Assembly (NCBI RefSeq): GCF_000372725.1
Contig: NW_005201192.1
Span: 558,001-622,000 of the forward strand
DNA: 64,000 bases
Source: Emiliania huxleyi CCMP1516
Lineage: Eukaryota
Direction of reading: 5' to 3'
The notes beneath the pieces were generated by a model. It saw only the letters and a program-made list of their open reading frames with translations. It was not told the origin of the DNA and searched no databases. A program made the translations under genes and the position numbers. This document shows positions 58,901 through 64,000 of this stretch, in pieces. How positions within the stretch are numbered: position 1 is the stretch's first letter; each line of letters starts with the position of its first letter.

Positions 58901-60565
58901 CTACTTCTTCTTCTTGCCCTCCTCCGGCGGCATGTCCTTCTTCTGGATGACGGACACGACCTGGGGGCGGCGGCGGGGGAGGGGGGGAGCGGTGACGGTT
59001 GCGCGAGAGAGGGGGGGTGGCATGTGCGGAGGGCGCACCTTGCCAAGCATGACGGCGGTGTTGCCGTCGAGGAAGGCGATGCGGGACAGGCCCTCGCAGT
59101 TTTTGAACGAGTCGACGACGAGCGGCTGCTGCGGGCGGAAGGAGACCTGCGCCATCTCGTTCGACTTGAGCGAGTGCGGCGACTCCATCTTCTTGCCGCC
59201 GGTCTCCTTGCCGACCTTGAACTTGAAGGCGGTCGCGCGGCACGCGGAGCGGCCGCAGCGCACAAAGCCGATCGGCGAGTAGCCCAGCTTGATCTCGCCG
59301 GGGATGTCGAGGGTCTGGATCTGCGCGTCGAACTCGCCGCACTGCGTCAGCGTCTTGTCCTTCTTGTAGATCATCACGTCGCCGACGCGGGGCATGTTCT
59401 GCTTCTCGAGGCCCTTGATGTTGAGGCCGACGTTGTCGCCCGGGTTGGCTTGCGGGTGCGTCTTGTGGTGCATCTCGATGGTGAAGACCTTGCCCGCGCA
59501 GGCGTTGGCGTCGGTGTGGGTGGGCATGAAGATCACCTCGGTGTTGGTCGTGATCACGCCCTGCTCGACGCGGCCCGCGAGCACGTCGCCCACGCCCTTG
59601 ATCTTGTAGATGCCGGAGACGGGCATCCGCATCTCGGCCTTGTCGGTGCGGACGGGGGGCGAGCAGAAGTCGTTGAGGCACTCCTTGAGCGTGTCGACGT
59701 GCATCTTCGTCTTGCCGTCCGGGCCCCCGATCACGTCGCAGCCCGTCCACCAGTCCATGTTCTTCGTCTTCTCGATGAGGTTGTCGCCCATCCAGCCGGA
59801 GAGCGGCAGCACGGGCACCTGGAAGGGGTGAGAGGGGGGGGGGGGGGGGGTCGGCAAACCCCAGGCGTGGGCCCCCCAAGGGGTTCTGGGGTCCAGGCGG
59901 GGCTTTAAGAAGGGGGGGGGGGGGGGCACCGCGCGGCCGGTAAAAGGGTGGGGGGGGGCGGGGGGGCCCACCGACTGGGCAACAAAGTCCTTCTTCCAGC
60001 CGACCTTGAGAAGCATGTTCTTCATCTCGCCGCCGACCTCGTCGTAGCGCGCCTTGGAGTACGGGCCCGCGGTGTCGGTGTCCATCTTGTTGACGCCGAC
60101 GAGCAGCTGCTTGACGCCGAACAGGTTGAGGAGGCGCGCGTGCTGGCGGCTCTGGCCCTGCACCTCGCCGGCCTTGTGGTTGCCCTTCTGGATGGCGGTG
60201 GTGAAGTTGCCGTCGGCGGGCACCATGAGGAGCGCCACGTCGGCCTGCGCCGCGCCGGAGATCATGTTCTTGATGAAGTCGCGGTGGCCCGGCGCGTCGA
60301 TGATGGTGTAGTGCCACTTGTCGGTGAAGAACTCCTTGGTGGTGCACGAGATGGTCACGCCGCGCTCGCGCTCCTCCTTTTGGCGGTCCATGTAGAAGGC
60401 GAAGGCGAAGGACGACTTGCCCAGGCGGTCCGCCTCGGCCTTGAGCTTCTCCATCTCACGCTCGGGGATACCGCCCATCTCGAAGAGCAGCCGGCCGGTG
60501 GTGGTCGACTTGCCGGAGTCGACGTGGCCGCAGATCACGACGGACATGTGGTCCTTCTCAGCCAT
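58901..60565 (-). CDS. EFL: Elongation factor-like GTPase (EFL); exons 60565-59972, 59818-59039, 58960-58901
   Basis: GHVDSGKST, DAPGHRDF and NKMD, plus EFL-type GRLLFE.GGIPERE, SSFAFAFYMDRQKEERERGVTI.CTTKEF and GNHKAGEVQGQ.RQHA rather than canonical eEF1A motifs. Confidence 0.93.
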   Translation of the reverse strand: MAEKDHMSVVICGHVDSGKSTTTGRLLFEMGGIPEREMEKLKAEADRLGKSSFAFAFYMDRQKEERERGVTISCTTKEFFTDKWHYTIIDAPGHRDFIKNMISGAAQADVALLMVPADGNFTTAIQKGNHKAGEVQGQSRQHARLLNLFGVKQLLVGVNKMDTDTAGPYSKARYDEVGGEMKNMLLKVGWKKDFVAQSVGPPAPPHPFTGRAVPPPPPFLKPRLDPRTPWGAHAWGLPTPPPPPSHPFQVPVLPLSGWMGDNLIEKTKNMDWWTGCDVIGGPDGKTKMHVDTLKECLNDFCSPPVRTDKAEMRMPVSGIYKIKGVGDVLAGRVEQGVITTNTEVIFMPTHTDANACAGKVFTIEMHHKTHPQANPGDNVGLNIKGLEKQNMPRVGDVMIYKKDKTLTQCGEFDAQIQTLDIPGEIKLGYSPIGFVRCGRSACRATAFKFKVGKETGGKKMESPHSLKSNEMAQVSFRPQQPLVVDSFKNCEGLSRIAFLDGNTAVMLGKVRPPHMPPPLSRATVTAPPLPRRRPQVVSVIQKKDMPPEEGKKKK

Positions 60566-60801
60566 GGTTGCGGGTAGGGGTGGTGCTTTCTGCGCGGGGG
60601 CGGGCGAGGTGTCAGAGGCCGGGGCTCTGCGACACGGCCAGGACGCGCGCAGGCAGACGGAATAGCGCGCGGACGGGGGAGCGATTCGGGACGTGGGGCG
60701 GGCAGCCGCGACGGAACGGCGGGAGGCGCGCAGCCCGCGTGCCGGCGGCGCGCCGACCCTGGTGAGGTCTGCGCAGCGCAGGGGACGCAAGTTTTGCGAC
60801 T

Positions 60802-61254
60802 CCGCGCTCCCGACCTCCCGTGCCCCGGCGCCCCCCTGGTGCAGGGCGGCGGTCGCCCGCCGGGCGCGCGGTCGGCGAGCGGCGCGTCCCCGCCGACCTG
60901 CCCGCCTCGCCGCGCCGCGCGGCTGCGGCGCTGTGGGCTTTGTGGGCGTGCGTCTGCGTCACCTTGGTTGCTACGTCGTGGCTCGACAAGTGTTTTTCTT
61001 TTCCTCTTTCTCCTTGGAAACGAGGACAAAACTGATTCCATTCGCACCCCACATGAGTCTTGCCGGGACACACTCGTCGACTTGTTGAGGGCTATTATCT
61101 GTCCTCGGGAGGGCGGCGGCGGCGGCGTAGAGTCGGCGGCGAGCTCTCCCGATGAGCGATGACAAATAGTCTCTCTCTCTCAAATAGTCGCCTCACAGCT
61201 TGGGTCACGTCTGCTTTCCGTGTCTCTGTATCGAGCGAGAGCGGCGCGACGACA
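60802..61254 (+). repeat. Direct repeat copy 1 of the EFL/MVK intergenic (promoter) region
   Basis: Near-identical to 63122-63627. Confidence 0.92.
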
Positions 61255-61257
61255 ACA

Positions 61258-61304
61258 AACCCTAACCCTAACGACCCCCTAATCCCCTAACCCTAACGCA
61301 ACCC
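61258..61304 (-). repeat. Degenerate telomeric (CCCTAA)n tract at the duplication junction
   Basis: aaccctaaccctaacgacccctaatcccctaaccctaac. Confidence 0.85.
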
Positions 61305-61471
61305 TTGCTTTTTCCAGAAGGCCGGAAGCAAGCAAGATGCAAGTGCGGCTCTTCGATCCTTCAGTGTGTTTACACCTGTGCCCCTGATCGTCCTTCCAAA
61401 ATCCTGCTCGTGCAGGTGGGAGGTGGGACCCTGGAGCGGCCGTGCTCTACCTCGGATTCCGGCCCCTCGTT

Positions 61472-63121
61472 GGGACCGGTCATTTCATATTGGACCGGTC
61501 ACTTGACCGGTCATTTCCCGACGCCACGTGGTCGAAGCGGTCGTTTTCCGAAAGACGCCCAGGGGGGATCAGCCTTATCCCCCCCAAACCGGTCATTTCC
61601 CGACGCCACGTGGTCGTGCGGTCATCTCCCGATTTACGGGTAGTTTGGAGCGGTCGTTTTGGGCGCCCTCGTGGACAGCAACAACGGGTTCAAAGAGACG
61701 CCCTTTGTGTGCGTGCTGACCCCAGCTGGCACCTGCATGGTGTCTGGGCGTCTCCCTCCGCAATGCCGGCTGGCTGAGTCGGCGCCGCACAATCCTGGGC
61801 TCTCTCTATAAAATGCTCTCGGCCAAATACCAGCGCGACGCGAGCGATAGCTGCCTGGACGTCTGCTCAGTAGCTTTACCAGAGAGTGTGCGTGTTGTAC
61901 ATAAACACCGTTAGACGATTGTTCTGTTGAAGGAAGGAAAAATCGGCGGATACAGGTACACGAACTCGAGTGTGGACCCACCAGGCCCCGCTCTCGCTAC
62001 CGCACTCGCTCGTACCACGGAGCTCAGCGAAGATCAACGGCCGAGGTCGCACCGCGCGCCTCCGACGCGAGGAGCTCGGCCTTGGCGCGAGTCTGCAGCG
62101 ACTGGAAGCGAGCCACGACCGCCCAGAGCGAGTTGGCGAGCACCGGCCGCGACTTGCCCTCGTCGGTGATGTCCTTCGCGATAGACATGAGCCAGCGCAT
62201 CTCCTTGTTGACCAGCTCCCGCTCCTTGTCGCGCGGCTGATATCCCTTGCGCTGCGACACACGCACGTACGTGATGTCGCTCTTGGCGATTGCGAGGGCC
62301 TTCTCGAGCTCGACCTTCTCGCGCTCCATCGCGTGGGCCTTGGCGAGCATGCCTCCCTGCTCCTCGCTCATCGCCTGAATGTGCGCCTCGGCCGCGCCCG
62401 TCCGCGCCCGGGCCGCGTCCACCTGCGTGGAAATCGACTGGCAGCGCGCCTGCGCAACGTTGACGTCGAATAGCGCGGTGTCCCGCTCAGAGATGAGCGC
62501 GTCCTTTTGCTTCTCGTACTCTGACTTCATGGTGGACTTTTCCTGAAAACGGCAGAGGAAACGTGTGATGAGATGAGAGCAGGCGCCGTGATTGTGCTGG
62601 CGTCGCACCATCTCGTAAACAGAAAGGAGCGAATCGAACGCGGACATCCCACCCTCATTCGAGTTCAGAGCTGACACCACGTCCTGAGGCACAGTCGGGA
62701 TTGTCAGCAATGAGAGCGCACGCGACATCGTGCTATGAAGGCGGGCGGACCTCAAACAGGGCGGCCTTGTCGGCAGTGCCGGCATCGCTTGAGTCGTCCT
62801 CGCACGATGCCTTGCGCTTGCGGCTTGCGGCGGGCGGGGTGACGGGGTCAGCACCCATAGCGACAACCGAGACGACTGCCGGGGAAGGCGCAGCAGTGGC
62901 CGTGTCATTCGCGACCTCCGTGCCCGAGGGCGGCGCCTTGGTCTCGGGAGGCGCGGAGGACGAGAGAACACTCGGAGCAGCAGCACAGGACTTCGACGCC
63001 GGAACCATCATGGGAGACGTGTTGGGCACGGGGACGCCGGTATGTAAAACTTAAATCGGAAAACGACCGCTTCGCGTCGGCAAATGACCAAAATTCACCG
63101 CTCCGAACGCTAAATGACCGA
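61472..63121. mobile_element. Putative TIR element carrying coiled-coil gene-like sequence (minus-strand ORFs 62024-63029)
   Basis: ggtcatttcccgacg..cgaagcggtcgttttccga (~61509-61551) is matched in reverse complement by tcggaaaacgaccgcttcgcgtcggcaaatgacc (63057-63090). No transposase recognised. Confidence 0.6.
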
Positions 63122-63627
63122 CCGCGCTCCCGACCTCCCGTGCCCCGGGCGCCCCCCCGGTGCAGGGCGGCGGTCGCCCGCCGGGCGCGCGGTCGGCGAG
63201 CGGCGCGTCCCCGCCGACCTGCCCGCCTCGCCGCGCCGCGCGGCTGCGGCGCTGTGGGCTTTGTGGGCGTGCGTCTGCGTCACCTTGGTTGCTACGTCGT
63301 GGCTCGACAAGTGTTTTTCTTTTCCTCTTTCTCCTTGGAAACGAGGACAAAACTGATTCCAATCGCACCCCACATGAATTTTATCAAAACCGGGACACAC
63401 TCGTCGACTTGTTGAGAGCTATTATCTGTCCTCGGGAGGGCGGCGGCGGCGGCGTAGAGTCGGCGGCGAGCTCTCCCGATGAGCGATGACAATTGACAAA
63501 TAGAGAGAAGCATCTAAAAATCTCTCTCCCAAATACTCGAGTAGTCTCCTCTCAAATAGTCGCCTCACAGCTTGGGTCACGTCTGCTTTTCCGTGTCTCT
63601 GTATCGAGCGAGAGCGGCGCGACGACA
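63122..63627 (+). repeat. Direct repeat copy 2 of the EFL/MVK intergenic (promoter) region
   Basis: Near-identical to 60802-61254, with small indels. Confidence 0.92.
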
Positions 63628-63699
63628 CAAAGCCCAGCTGGTCGAGCCTGTGTCTGCGACAGAGAGTTGTTTGCGGTGCCGGCGCCGACTACAAGCTCC

Positions 63700-64000
63700 A
63701 TGAGCGAGTACGCCTCCGCCGACCACGCGCAGGAGGTGACACGCGACCTCTCCGCGCGGCAGGAGGAGAGCGCGCAGCGCGTCCGGCAAGAGCGAATCGG
63801 CGCGGCGTGCCTGAAGCGCACGCGTGCATTCGGGAAGCTCATTCTCTTCGGCGAGCACTTTGTGGTGTACAAGGCGCCCGCGCTGGTCGGCGCAGTCGCC
63901 GCGTACACGGATTGCGACGTCGAGTTCACCGGCGCGCCGGGCATCGAGGTGGTTGATCTGCGGCCGGCGGTGCCGGGCTACAAGGTTGAGAAGGCCGCCG
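63700..64000 (+). CDS. MVK: Mevalonate kinase (GHMP family), 5' part, truncated by the window end
   Basis: ATG at 63700 gives ...AFGKLILFGEHFVVYKAPALV...D.RPAVPGYK, the mevalonate kinase motif I. Confidence 0.85.
   Translation, partial: MSEYASADHAQEVTRDLSARQEESAQRVRQERIGAACLKRTRAFGKLILFGEHFVVYKAPALVGAVAAYTDCDVEFTGAPGIEVVDLRPAVPGYKVEKAA

Overview
GC-rich, intron-containing eukaryotic nuclear DNA. It is most likely a haptophyte such as Emiliania/Gephyrocapsa huxleyi, inferred from an EFL gene, frequent GC-AG introns, TTAGGG repeats and strong GC3 bias. About 20 protein-coding genes are recognisable: a DGAT2-family acyltransferase, a ~2400-aa proline-rich modular membrane protein, a GH35 beta-galactosidase, a family-16 methyltransferase, a DUF924-TilS-like fusion, two adjacent sulfotransferases, an actinin/spectrin-like protein with a C-terminal CAP-like domain, RBBP5/Swd1, an MFS transporter, a C9orf85-like protein, a MazG-like pyrophosphatase, BAF60/SMARCD-like, a HAD hydrolase, a nitroreductase, methylthioribose kinases, a PWWP protein, a DUF179 fusion, EFL and a partial mevalonate kinase. 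Genes are interleaved with small non-autonomous elements: MITEs, a ~720-bp foldback palindrome, a CA-tailed SINE-like insertion with a 14-bp TSD, and dispersed repeats. The most striking structures are (i) an intronless MTR-kinase paralog nested at the catalytic motif of a disrupted, intron-rich MTR kinase, (ii) a duplicated EFL/mevalonate-kinase promoter around an insertion that begins with telomeric repeats and is TIR-bounded, and (iii) several unusual domain fusions. There is one 100-N assembly gap. Family calls come from motif recognition by eye, not database searches, and splice sites are inferred.
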